Assembly: GCA_038087875.1 (NCBI GenBank)
Contig: CM075985.1
Location: 7,874,001 to 7,938,000, forward strand
DNA length: 64,000 nt
Direction: 5' to 3'
Origin: Malacoraja senta
Lineage: Eukaryota
Part shown: piece after piece, positions 27,290 through 39,430 of the stretch
Numbering within the stretch: position 1 is the first letter of the stretch
How the letters are laid out: each line of letters starts with the position of its first letter
Position numbers and translations under genes: made by a program
The notes under the pieces: generated by a model
The model's input: the letters and a program-made list of their open reading frames with translations, nothing else
Database searches by the model: none
Told to the model about the DNA's origin: nothing

Positions 27290-28163
27290 TTTGACAATGG
27301 TCGCATGGACTCACCGTGGCAGCTATCTCTGTACTATGGTCGGTGAGGCAGCTTTTTCTCCGGGCTGCCCCGTCGACCCGTCCTTGCGGCCTACCAGCGG
27401 GCGTGGAGCGGCGTTTTCCTGGCAGGGACTGCCCAGCACCTTCAGCTTCGGTGGCGGCACAGCGCTGGAGCGCTATCGCAGAGCGGAGCAGGCGATGCCT
27501 TGCCTGGGTCGCCGCGCTGGATCGACGCGCTGGAGCTCCGGTGAGCTGCGACCGCCGAGCTCAACACCTCCAGGCTGCGGGACTGCGGAGCGACCAGCCG
27601 CGGGCGGCGCCGCCGACTCCAACATCGTGAGCCTCTGAGCTCCAAATCGGCGCGGCCTTGTCGGCTTCAGGTGCCACGGACTCCGGTAGGGAATCGGCCG
27701 TCCCAGCCGCTGCGAGGACTTTCCCGACGCCAGGACAACTGCACCCGGCGAGAACGGCCAGGAACATCGGGCCTCCGTAGAGGCAACTGTGGAGGCCTCA
27801 ATAGGCCTGACTTTGGGTGAACTGGGGTTGGGGACTGGACATTGTGCCTTCCCCCACAGTGGTAATCATTGTGGGGAGATGATTTTGTGTGTAATGTGTA
27901 GTGTCTATGTTAGTCTATGTCCAAGATGGCGGTCGGAAGGGAGAGTGGACGCTGGCGCGCTTTAGCAGCCGCTGCTCTCTCTTCTATATTGTGTTTTGAT
28001 TTTTGTTTTTGGATTTAATTCTATCTTTAATTTGTGTACTGGTGATGTCTTTGCTATTTATTTCATTCCGCTTACATGTTTCTACACTATTTGTTAAACT
28101 TTGTAAGGTGTCTTTGAGACTTTGTGAAAGGCGCCCATAAATAAAATCTATTATTATTATTAT
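27290..28163 (+). mobile_element. GC-rich non-autonomous retroelement with an L2-type 3' tail
   Basis: A CpG-rich body is followed by gtaaggtgtctttgagactttgtgaaaggcgcccataaataaaatctattattattat, resembling L2 3' ends. The 5' boundary is approximate. Confidence 0.55.
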
Positions 28164-28184
28164 GTGAATGCAACACAGACGTAC

Positions 28185-28355
28185 CTCTGGATTATGCCAG
28201 TCAAAGCACCGCATTTGGAAATACTCCACCGCAGAGCGGTAGTTTTCCCGCTCCGTGAGGCGCTTCTTGGGGGCGAGCACTCGCTCAGCCTGTTCCTCGG
28301 AGTCGGTGGCCAGAGTAACAATCTCTCGCACGGTCTGTCGGATTAACTCCCTCAC
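28185..28355 (-). CDS. LGMN: Legumain-like exon (VRELIRQTVREIVTLA...EYFQMRCFDWHNPE)
   Basis: 171 nt, phase 0-0, flanked by ttgcag| and |gtacgt. Length and sequence match human LGMN exon 12 (ARHLIEKSVRKIVSLL...HFRTHCFNWHSPT). Confidence 0.88.
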
Positions 28356-28619
28356 CTGCAACACAACAGAGCTGTTTGGTTACACCCCGACCACAAGGGA
28401 AGGACCCGTATCGTGTATCTGTACACTGTAAATGGCGCAATTGTAATCATGTATTGTCTTGGTAGCACCACTACCAGTGTGTGTCTCCCTGCACTGTAGG
28501 CAGGTTAGTGAGGCTCTTCCCCACACTGACTAGCACCATCCAAGTCTCCTTGCTGGTTCCTGATGAGTGAAGATGCCTCGTATGGGGCCCAGGGTAAAGG
28601 AACAAGTTTGCACCATTAC

Positions 28620-28826
28620 CTCAAGGAGATGGTCCAGGTCTTTCTGCAGCTTTTCCTTCTCCTCTGGATCCTTAGCAGCTTTGATCCTATTCTCAAGAAG
28701 AGTAACAGGTACGTCGCACTGTGCCACAGTCTCCATTCCCGCCATTACTGTGGGTTTGCCCGTGCCTGCAGCAGGAAGCAACATGGGAACACTGTAATTC
28801 TCACAAAGAGACAAAGCTCTCCAATC
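28620..28826 (-). CDS. LGMN: Legumain-like, exon equivalent to human exon 11 (activation peptide to start of LSAM: ...AQCDVPVTLLENRIKAAKDPEEKEKLQKDLDHLLE)
   Basis: Aligns with human [35 protein letters not shown], with a phase-0 donor GAG|GTAATG at 28620. The 5' boundary is uncertain: ccgttag|GAT at 28826 (phase 0, 207 nt) or aattacag|T at 28791 (phase 2). In-frame ATG at 28784. Confidence 0.72.
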
Positions 28827-28920
28827 CTAACGGAGCAGCACAGAGAGTCTGGACACCTCAAAGAGCACGAATCAATATTTATCATCAGGATTCTCCTAAT
28901 CAGTGACTTAAACATGACGA

Positions 28921-29785
28921 TATTGTATTGTATTGTATATCTTTATTGTCATTTCCTGAGTATTCGCATACCCAGAGGAAACAAAAAAACGTTCCTCAAC
29001 CAGTGTCCATTTCAGTGTGTGCAGTAAAAAATAAATAGAAGTAAAAATACATATATCATGAACAAATTAACACTCTACTAAACATCAACAGGCGTTCCGA
29101 TCGGCAGCGGCACGACAGTGGCTCTGCTGCAGTGTGTCCAGGTTGGTGGTTGGTGCACGATACTTTGGCAGGGGACAAAGTCCGTTTATCAGTCTTATAA
29201 CCTGCGGGAAGAAGCTGAGGAGCATCCTGCTGGTTTTGCACCTAATGCTCCGGTACCTCTTCCCAGATGGCAGGATGGAGAATATGTGATGGGATGGGTG
29301 GTAGGGGTCTTTGATGATGGAGATGGCTCTGCTGATACATCTCTTCCTGTATATGTCCAGCAGGAAAGGGAGTGGAGCACCAATAATCCTGCTGGCGGTC
29401 TTCACAATCCTGTCTAGTTGGTGCCGTTCGTACGCCTTGCAGCTCCCGAACCAGGAAGTGATGCCGTAGGTTAATGTGCTCTCGATTGTCCCCCTATAAA
29501 AAGTTCGTAGGTGTGTAGTGGGGAGACCTGCTTTACGTAGTCTTCGGAGAGGGTGTAGTCGCTGCTGGGCTCTCTTGACCAGTGCTGTGGTGTTGGTCGT
29601 GGACGTCAGGTCATCTGACAGGTGGAGTCCTAGGAACTTCACGCTGTTGACCCTTTCCACATCAGCTCCATCGATGTGCAGAGGTGTATGGTGTTGTTTT
29701 CCCGCCCTCCTGAAGTCAACCACCATCTCCTTAGTTTTTCCCACGTTAAGAATGAGGTTGTGGGATTTGCACCATCCTGTGATAT
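28921..29785 (-). mobile_element. Rex1/Babar-type LINE 3' fragment
   Basis: Open frame WCKSHNLILNVGKTKEMVVDFRR...KFLG...FYRGTIESTLTYGITSWFG...LPSGKRYRSI...SFFPQ, with a (CAATA)n-like tail at 28921-28938. Confidence 0.85.
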
Positions 29786-30922
29786 TCAGGATAGTCAGGG
29801 GGCTTTTACAGTTCATTCTCATGCATATCATTTCATTAGCTCAGAAAGACCCCGAGAAACTGAAGAAGGGTCTCGGCCCGAAACGTCAACCATTCCTTTT
29901 CTCCAGAGATGCTGCCTGCCCCACTGAGTTACTCCAGCATTTTGTGTCTTATTTCCGAGATCCACACGGCTGGTGAAACACTGCGATGCAGAATTGTTGT
30001 TGTATTGTCGGGACTATGGCAGTGTGTTTGCTTCCTGGTAACCAGCAGATAACTGAGCCGTGAATCAAATCAAAAAAGGTTGGCAGATTGGGGGATTTTG
30101 CATCGACGCCACCGCATGGAACGTGACAATCTTGTGACCTGACAGATATCTCACGGCGCGGGAAGGAGGGGGCCAGTGGCATTTCTGCCAGATACACACA
30201 AAATGCTGGAGTAACTCAGCGAGACAGGCAGCATCTCTGGGGAGAAGGAATGGGTGACATTTCGTGTCGAGACCCTTCTTCAGACAGAAGTCAGGGAAGA
30301 GGGAGATACATAGATAAGGAAGTGTATGATGTGGAGTGGATGTTGATCAAGGAATTCTGTCAGTTTCCGCTGCCGGCAGGCTTTTCCCAAACTGAACACG
30401 AGGGGGCAAAACCTGACCAGAGGCTGAAGAAAGGTTTCGACCGAGAACACCGTGTGTCTGTGCCCGCCACTGGGGGAGGCTGCCTGACCCACTGAGTCCC
30501 CCAGCACTTTGTGTCTTCCTCCTTGACTCCTCGTCCCCGTCGCCCTACACTGTATGATTCCCTACTCCCACCAACCTCCCTGATCATCATCATCCCAGCT
30601 ATTATATTTACCAATTTAATCATTTCCTTCCCAGGAGAAAACATGTTTAATGTAGGAACTGCAGATGCTGGTTTACACCGAAAATAGACACAAAATGCTG
30701 GAGTAACTCAGCGGGACAGGCAGCATCTCGGGTGACGCTTCGGGTCGAGACCCTTCTTCAAACATTTAATTGGATATATAACTTTAAATTTGTTACATTG
30801 ATACTTCTTTCCACTTTAAAAAGTGATTTACAATAATCCACGGTCAATTTCAAAGAATAAATCTTACATATTCAGATACAGAGGATGGGGGAGGGATACC
30901 CCCAAATGGGAACTGAACTCAC

Positions 30923-31105
30923 CGAGTGCAAGCCTTCCCTGCAAGCTTTCACTCCGCGCTTCCTGGGAGCAACCTTGTCTGCGTTAGGGGAAGCTCCGCC
31001 CGGCTCACGCTTGCGCCTGGTCTACAGGGCGGGCTGTGGCCGCTCCCTGTTGACTCACCAGAGGCGGTGTCATCTCACCAGCCTCCCCTCGGTCAGCTGA
31101 CGGGA
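30923..31105 (-). promoter_or_regulatory. Candidate promoter plus non-coding first exon upstream of the legumain-like exons
   Basis: CpG-enriched patch with a strong donor CG|GTGAGT at 30923. It carries GC boxes (30996-31001, 31027-31032), an AP-1 site TGACTCA (31051-31057) and the palindrome GTCAGCTGAC (31092-31101). No ATG in the presumed exon. Confidence 0.4.
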
Positions 31106-31599
31106 CAGCAATGGAGACCAAAGATACTAGAGCAAGAGAGACGCTCCACGTCCAGCACGTTGGTGCATTCTAACTAAAATCTGGAGTAACTCAGCGGGAC
31201 AGGCAGCATCGTCTTCAGTCTGAAGAAGGGTCTCGATCCGAAACGTCACCCATTCCTTCTCTCCAGAGATGCTGCCTGTCCCGCTGAGTTATTCCACCAT
31301 TTTATGTCTATCTTTGGTGCATTCTAAGCAACAGGTTCAAGATCAGTGACAGCCCAACTGACCACAGACGCGCTCACTTTAATTCACCTTCTGTGATCAA
31401 CATAACGTCCGAAAGAAGGATCCCAAACCGAAACGTCGCCTTGTCCGTTGCCTCCACAGATGCTGCCTGACTCGCTGATTTACTCCAGTACTTTTTGCTC
31501 CAGATTCCAGCATTTGCAGTCTTTTGACTGTCCCTCTGATAGATTTTATAACTGAGACTCCACATTAAATGAAAACAGAAAATGCCGTAAATACTCAGC

Positions 31600-32720
31600 A
31601 GGCCGGGCAGTATCTGCGATTCCAAGGCACAGTGACAGGCCCTTCGGCCCAACTTGTCCATGCCAACCAAGGTGCCCATATGCATTAATCCCACCTGCCC
31701 GCATTGTCCCAGATCCCTCTAAACATTTCCTATCCATGATACACGTACAAATGTATTTTAAATGTTGCCAATGGTTCTTGCCTCAAACTACCCCATCTGG
31801 CTGTTCTTTTCCACCACCCTGTGTGAAAAAGGTGCCCCTCAGGTTCCTATTAAATGTTTCCCGTCTCACCTTAAACTTGACCCCCCCCCCATTCTAGTAA
31901 AAGTGTGCATTAACCCCATCTATCCCTCCATGGTTTTATACACCTCTATAAGATCACCACTCAACCTCCTGTGCCCCAAGGAATAAAATCCTAGTCTACC
32001 CAACCTGTTGCTCATGCCTTTGAGTCCTGGTAACATCCTCATAAATCTTCTCTGCAGTCTTTCAAGCTTAACAGCATCTTTCCTATAGCAGGGAGACTAA
32101 AACTGAACACAATGCTACAAATGTGGCCCCACCAATGTCTTGTCCAACTGTAACATAACATCCCAACGTCTATACTCAATACCCTGACTGATGAAGGCCG
32201 ATATACTGAAAGCTTTCTTGACCACCAGATCTACCCATGACACCATTTTCAGATAACTATGTACCTGTACTCCTAGATCCCTCTGCCCTCCAATACATGA
32301 CAATAAACTCACTTGACTTGACTTGATCCCTCTGCCCTCCAATACTCCCCAGGACCCTACCATTTATTGTGAAGCTCCTGCCCTGGTTTGACTTCCCAAA
32401 ATGAAATATCTCACACTTATCTGCATTAGAGTCCACGAGCCATTCCTCAGTTCACTTGTCCAATTGATCAAGGTCCTGCTGTAATTTTTGATAACCATCT
32501 TCATTATCTACGATACCTCCCACTTTAGTGCCATCTGCAAACTTGCTAATCATGCTTTGTACATTCTCATCCAAATTGTTGATGTAAACCATGAACAGCA
32601 ATGGGCCCAGCACTGAATCTGAGGCATACCACCCATATTCTGTATCAAACCAATTCTGTAATCAGTTGGCTAGCTCTCTCTGGATCCCACGTGACCTAGA
32701 CTTCCAGAGCCATCAACCGT
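31600..32720 (-). mobile_element. Degenerate CR1 3' fragment
   Basis: Reverse-strand CR1 ORF2 C-terminal motifs (LVGPHLE.CVQF) and 3' UTR. Confidence 0.75.
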
Positions 32721-32899
32721 GCAAAACCTCATCAAACATCTTGCTGAGGGATCTCAAACCTGTAATGTATACTATGTTTCACTTTCCATAGATGATACCT
32801 GCCCTGTGTCAAAAATAAATTGCTAATGTTTCAAGAAGACAGCAGGGGATGAGGACAGGTAGAGTGCCTAAAAATGCTCAAAGTCCTCTTCATTAGTTT

Positions 32900-33190
32900 A
32901 GTTTACTTTAGAGATACAGCACGGAAACAAGCCCTTTGGCCCACCGGGTCCGCGGTGTAACACTATCCTACACACACTAGGGGCAATTTTTTTTCACATT
33001 TACCACCAATTAACCTACAAATCTGTATGTCTTTGGAGTGTGGGAGGAAACCGAAGATCTCTGAGTAAACCCACGCAAGTCACGGGGAGATCGTACAAAT
33101 TCCGTACAGTACAGGACCCGTAGTCGGGATCGAACCCGGGTCTCCAGCGCTGCATTTGCTGTAAGGCAGCAACTTTACCACTACACCACC
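32900..33190 (-). mobile_element. tRNA-derived SINE (HE1/V-SINE-like)
   Basis: Reverse copy with gggatcgaacccgggtc (box B) and the conserved central block. Confidence 0.8.
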
Positions 33191-34879
33191 ATGTGTCATA
33201 ATAATTCTGTGCTTTAAAGAAGGTTGAAACTGAGCATGTGTACCTGGCACTTAATGCTGTCCACTTTAGTCAGATTCTGTTCTCTGTTGTCAAAGAACAA
33301 ATGGCAATCTCAAAAACAATCAAAAGAGGTTGAAAGGGAAACAGAACCTGCTAATCTTCAGTGGGGTGGAATTGGGCTGTTTTAAACTGATTTGTATTTT
33401 TCAGAGGTGCATGATTTATAATTGTTATAAGATCATTCAGCAGAAGGAAAAATGCTTAAGTGCCTGCTACAGTAAACAACATAACAAAGTAAAATTCTGT
33501 ATATAAGGAGTAGATGAATCATTGTTCGGGGAGCAACTCCTAGAGTGCTCCCACTGATCACTGTATTTGATGCTCTTAATAAAGTCTTGATTGCCTTGCC
33601 TGGTCTTGGTGGTGTGTTTTAAAGTTTTCTTTAACACCTGCAAAGTGTTTTCACCTTAATTTCAACTAATATTTTCCTCTTTACGTACCTTTAGAAACTC
33701 TTACAGGATATTTATCTCTCAGCTATTCTTACAGTCTCCCCTCCTTTTCATTGTCAATACCTTGGTCTTACCTTGCTGTACTTTGAAGTACATAAAGCAT
33801 TTATTTCATGACTTGCGGTTTTAGAACGTAGACCAGTAAAACACAGGAACAGGCCTTTTGTTCATGATTATGATTCCAAATTAAACTATTCTCCTCTGTC
33901 TGTATGTGATCCATATCCCTCCATTCCCTACATGTCCACGTGCCTAATGACGTTCCCAAACCTCAAGCTTACTGCTTTATTTAGTAACATAAACCCTTTC
34001 CTTTGACATATTGTTATCTTTCTCATGATGGTAATAATTGGTATATTTTATTCCACAAAGAAATATATAAATAGCACAAGTAAACTATGTGGTAATTTTT
34101 TATTGTTTATTTTATTGCTTTTTTACTGTTATACTTATAAAATGTTGTTTCCCAATCTATCAGGCCACCTCATCCCCAATGCGCATGATTTTTATATTAT
34201 CCCTGGGTTATATCATTTAACCCTCATTTAAAGGGTTAGATCATTTAACCCTTTCTCATTGCAGTATTCCAAATCTAAAATAGCCTGTTCATTGTTGCTT
34301 CCTCCAAAAAATGATTCAGAAAACCATCTCTTATGCACCCCATGAATTGATCCTCCCTCCTACTACTGCCAATTTGATTTAGATTAAAATACATGATGAT
34401 TTTATTATCTAAATGCCATTAAATTTCTATTATGATCTGCATTACTGTTGTAATTTATGGATCTATATACAATCAGTTTAAGTCTGTGTAGCATCTAGGA
34501 AATGAAGTCTTGGTTAATATTGACATTTAGGTTTGCCAGAAGTTAAACACATTTAATGCAAAAGGTCCGGCTACCGGCTTTGAACTTCAAATGACAACTG
34601 TCCTGACAATTCATGTTCTCAATGCCTCTCATTCTTGCTGAACTAAACTCTTGCACATTAACTTTTGCTGCTTTTCTACTCAAGGTGTTGCTTCTCAATC
34701 ACTACCAGTCATAGCAAACAAAGTGCAATGACCAATCAATCCTTCACCAGTGCATGACACATGCATCTTATCCATGATTTTATCTCAACCGTTGTCCCCC
34801 ATTCTATTATCTGCTGCTACAGTGGAAAGTTCAGGTATTTGATGTTGTATATGTTGGTATTTTGTATTTCTAACATATA

Positions 34880-36405
34880 CAGTGGCTTGCAAAAGTATTC
34901 ATACCCCTTGAACTTTTTCCACATTTTGTCACGTTACAACCACAAACGTAAATGTATTTTATTGGGATTTTATGTGATAGACCAACACAAAGTGGCGCAT
35001 AATTGTGAAGTGGTAGGAAAATGATACATGGTTTTCAAATTTTTTTACAAATAAAAAACTGAAAAGTGTTGCGTGCAAAAGTATTCAGCCCCCTTTACTC
35101 CGATACCCCTAAATAAAATCCAGTGCAACCAATTGCCTTCAGAAGTCACCTAATTAGTAAATAGAGTCCACTTGTGTGTAATCTAATCTCAGTATAAATA
35201 CAGCTGTTCTGTGAAGGCCTCAGAGGTTTGTTAGAGAACATTAGTGAACAAACAGCATCATGAAGCCCAAGGAACACACCAGACAGGTCAGGGATAAAGT
35301 TGTGGAGAAGTTTAAAGCAGGGTTAGGTTATAAAAAAATATCCCAAGCTTTGAACATCTCACGGAGCACTGTTCAATCCTTCATCCGAAAATGGAAAGAG
35401 TATGGCACAACTGCAAACCTACCAAGACATGGCCGTCCACCTAAACTGACAGGCCGGGCAAGGAGAGCATTGATCAGAGAAGCAGCCAAGAGGCCCATGG
35501 TAACTCTGGAGGAGTTGCAGAGATCCACAGCTCAGGTGGGAGCATCTGTCCAAAGGACAACTATTAGTCGTGCACTCCACAAATCGGGCCTTTATGGAAG
35601 AGTGGCAAGAAAAAAGCCATTGTTGAAAAAAAGCCATAAGAAGTCCCGTTTTCAGTTTGCCACAAGCCATGTAGGGGACACAGCAAACTTGTGGAGGAAG
35701 GTGCTCTGGTCAGATGAGACCAAAATTGAAGTTTTTGGCCTAAATGCAAAACGCTATGTGTGGCGGAAACCTAACACTGCACATCACCCTGAACACACCA
35801 TCCCCACTGTGAAACATGGTGGTGGCAGCATCATGCTGTGGGGATGCTTTTCTTCAGCAGAGACAGGGAAGCTGGTCAGAGTTGATGGGAAGATGGATGG
35901 AGCCAAATACAGGGCAATCTTGGAAGAAAACCTGTTAGAGTCTGCAAAAGACTTGAGACTGGGGCTACAATGGAATGGTTTAGATCAAAGCATATTCATG
36001 TGTTAGAATGGCCCAGTCAAAGTCCAGACCTAAATCCAATTGAGAATCTCTGGCAAGTCTTGAAAATTGCTGTTCACAGACGCTCTCCATCCAATCTGAC
36101 TGAGCTTGAGCTATTTTGCAAAGAAGAATGGGCAAAAATTTCAGTCTCTAGATGTGCAAAGCTGGTAGAGACATACCCCAAAAGACTTGCAGCTGTAATT
36201 GCAGCGAAAGGTGGTTCTACAAATTATTGACTCAGGGGGGCTGAATACTTTTGCACGCGACACTTTTCAGTTTTTTATTTGTAAAAATATTTGAAAACCA
36301 TGTATCATTTTCCTTCCACTTCACAATTATGCGCCACTTTGTGTTGGTCTACCACATAAAATCCCAATAAAATACATTTACGTTTGTGGTTGTAACGTTA
36401 CAAAA
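34880..36405 (+). mobile_element. Tc1-like DNA transposon (long IR-DR TIRs), defective
   Basis: TA|CAGTGGCTTGCAAAAGTATT left end and about 200-bp inverted repeats (outer right end missing). Transposase 35260-36230 has WSDETK, GGSIMLWGCF and [15 protein letters not shown]. An internal deletion near 35965 removes the QQDNDPKH motif and shifts the frame. Confidence 0.93.
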
Positions 36406-37761
36406 AGCCTTGCTTAATCCTTATCTGCACTGTGTCCTGTGTAGGAAGAAACTGCAGATGCTGGTTTAAACTGATGATAGACACAAAAAGCTGGCGTAAC
36501 TCAGCGGGTCAGACAGCATCTCTGGAGAAAAGGAATAGGTGACGTTTCAAGCCGAGACTCTTCTTCAGACTGTCAGGGGAAAGGGAAATTAGTGATATAG
36601 ACGGTGATGTAGAGAGATATAGAATAAATGAATGAAAGATATGCATATACATCACCATTTACATCCCTCGTTTCCTTTTCCTGACTGTCTGAAAAACGGT
36701 CTCCACCCAAAATGTCACCTATTCCTTTTCTCCAGAGATGCTGTCTGACTCACTGAGTTACGCCAGCATTTTGTGTCTATCAACACTGTGTCCTGTTACT
36801 TTGCCTCCAAACCATCTATGGCCATAATAATATGCCTTCATATAGTGCAGTCAGATCATGTCAATTTGATTACAATGATAGATTGAACTCAATCATCAAT
36901 TACAGCCCTATGAAATGTCACACATATTGGACAGAGAAACATTCTTCACATTCACTTGGTCTACCTTGGAACATTTGTTGATTTAACTTCAACCTTTTTG
37001 CACATGTGTTTCTCCTAACAGGTGTTGACAGCACCATCTGTGGCATTAGCTGCTCCACTACACTTAATGCATATTTGCACTTAAGTCTTGTTCTCTAAAA
37101 CCGCAAGCAAAATGCTGCTTCATATTATTTGTAGACTGTCAACATTTATCTCCTGGTTCCAATGGAAACTTTCTCATCCGCGAAGTGCTCCAAGGTAGAC
37201 TAATTGAATGTGAAGACATGTTTGGCAACTTGTTTCTACTGGAAGAAATGCTGAAGGCCACATTGATGGCCAGTGTTGCCACTGCAAAGGCTCTCTGAGA
37301 AAAGGCAACATTACGTGGAATTACCGTCACTGGACACTGATGTGCTAGGCCCTGCATAATTAGCTCCCAAATAGTTGAGAAATGAAGAAAAGACGCATTG
37401 ATAAAATACAATCACCGTAAGAAAACATATAAATATGTTGAATATTGCGTGCTAACAACCCTATATCTTATATTATGTAATTTGCACACTTTATGGGACC
37501 TCCTTATTTGAAAAATACTAGCAGAAATAATTCTGCCAGTATATTAATTTTTCCTAATTAAAAAAAAAAAACATTTACCAAGTCAATTAACATACAAACC
37601 TGTACATCTTTGGAGCGTGGGAGGTAACCGAAGATCTCGGAGAAAACCCATGGTCATGGGGAGAACATACAAACACCGTACAGACAGAACCCGTAGTCGG
37701 GATCGAACCCGGGTCTACGGCGCTACATTCGCTGCGCCACCATGACGTAGAAAATAAACGA

Positions 37762-38146
37762 TTAAGGAAGTTGTTTCAGAGGAAGTGGTGCAGGGGTATG
37801 GAGCTGCAACCCATTCTCCTTGTCTGGAACATCAATCATTGTGGCTTTGTCCTTCTGAAGATATTTGTTAATATTTGCTTTTATCTTTCCTATCCTTACC
37901 CGGGTGTCTAGATCAGGTATGGTACTCTCATCTCCCAGATCTTTCAGAATGGACTTCAATAGTTTGCACAGCCACTTTGTGCCGTAACTCTGCCCAAGGG
38001 AGGGAAGCATTTGAACCTGACTTTCAACTCGGAGTAAGAGGTCTTCATCATCTCTGATTTTAGTGATGATCTTTAGCCCGTGACACAGCTTTTCGACTTG
38101 TTGAATGTTTTTCTGTCCAAGATCATCAAGTTTGTTTGCACATAAA
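37762..38146 (-). CDS. IgV-TM-NLR receptor: terminal exon (last LRR plus about 100-aa tail)
   Basis: Acceptor ttgctttcag|T (phase 2) gives LCANKLDDLG, and the frame stays open to a stop at 37762. Confidence 0.75.
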
Positions 38147-39167
38147 CTGAAAGCAACAAGGCAATGAAAATTAGCAAATGCTTCAATCGTATTTAAATCA
38201 GGAATCAGAAAATTAAATTCCAACCATCTCATTCACTTTATCTTAATAATCATCAAATTCTACAATGAGGAAGTGGCCATTCAGCATCATGACTGTGCAG
38301 ACCTTTAGGGAGCTTTGTACTTGCTCACTCTTTCTACTCTTTCTCTAATCCGTGCAAATGTTTCTTCTTCAAATATTATTATTCCCATTTGAAAATTTGA
38401 ACAAAAGTTCCCTTATATTCTAATTTTCTTTGACTTTCTAAACTATTTACTCATCTAAACTATTTCTAAACCCACATCTCGTTTCTTTTTTTTATTACTC
38501 AATTAAGGGTGCATCCGGTTCCTTCCGAAAGGCGTAATCTTTGCCAGCTAATCTTAGTGCAATGCTAACGGTGATTCAGCCACAGTTTTGAGTTAGAATG
38601 CTCTCTCAATCATTGCTCCTTTATGCTGCTCCTTCACATTGAAACAAAAACATACGGATATGTCTGGAACAGCAGTGTTCCTTGTGTGGTAGAGGGTCCC
38701 ATGGAGACTGGGAAAGAAAAAAAAGCCACATTTATACAAGGAAAGACACAAAATGTTGGAGTAACTCAGCGGGTCAGCATCCCTGGAGAACATGGATATA
38801 TAATGTTACTAGTCGGGACCCTTCTTCAGTTTAATCAGTCTGAATTGATCAATCAGATCAAACTGATCAATCAGATTCATCAAACTTGCAGGTCGGTACC
38901 CTTCTTCAGAAGAATCACTGACCAAAGGGTCTTGTCCCAAAACGCACCTATCCACGTTCTCAAGGAATGCTGCCTGACCCGCTGCATTACTCCAGCTTTT
39001 TGTGTCTTTCCCGGGTAAATTTGCATCTGCCGTGCCTTGTTTCTACATGTTCACATTTACATAATGTGTCTCATACTCAACAACGCCAACATAATTGCAC
39101 ACAAACCAATCCTTGTGAGCATTTATCAAATAAACTGCTTATGCACTCACATCTACCAGCTACTTAC

Positions 39168-39335
39168 AAGAGCTTCTGGAGAGTTTTGTTCAATGTCAGG
39201 TTCTGAATCATGTTCTCTGTGCCTTCATCTGTGATCCCATTGTCATACAGACGAAGGATTTTGAGACTTCTGTTTCTTGCCAGAGCTTTCCAAAGAATCT
39301 GAGCTCCCGCCGAACCAAAAGAGTTTGTACCACTC
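39168..39335 (-). CDS. IgV-TM-NLR receptor: LRR exon with two 28-aa repeats
   Basis: 168 nt, phase 2-2, flanked by gttttcag| and |gtaagt. Encodes NSFGSAGAQILWKALARNRSLKILRLYDNGITDEG, the canonical NLR LRR exon size. Confidence 0.87.
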
Positions 39336-39430
39336 CTGAAAACGGAACCAAATGGCAAATGTCAGGGATTAGAAGCTCTATAGAAACTTGGAGAATTTTA
39401 CAAGAGGATTTTTGTGATGAAAAATCTCAC

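Noticed and set aside
29085-29831. 248-aa ORF that could be mistaken for a host gene
   Set aside because: Its motifs and tail identify it as the RT C-terminus of a Rex1/Babar LINE.
33235-33290. Exon-like stretch (NLTKVDSIKCQ|gt) as a possible legumain exon 10
   Set aside because: Too short, and it lacks QY...SHVMQYG; the similarity is not convincing.
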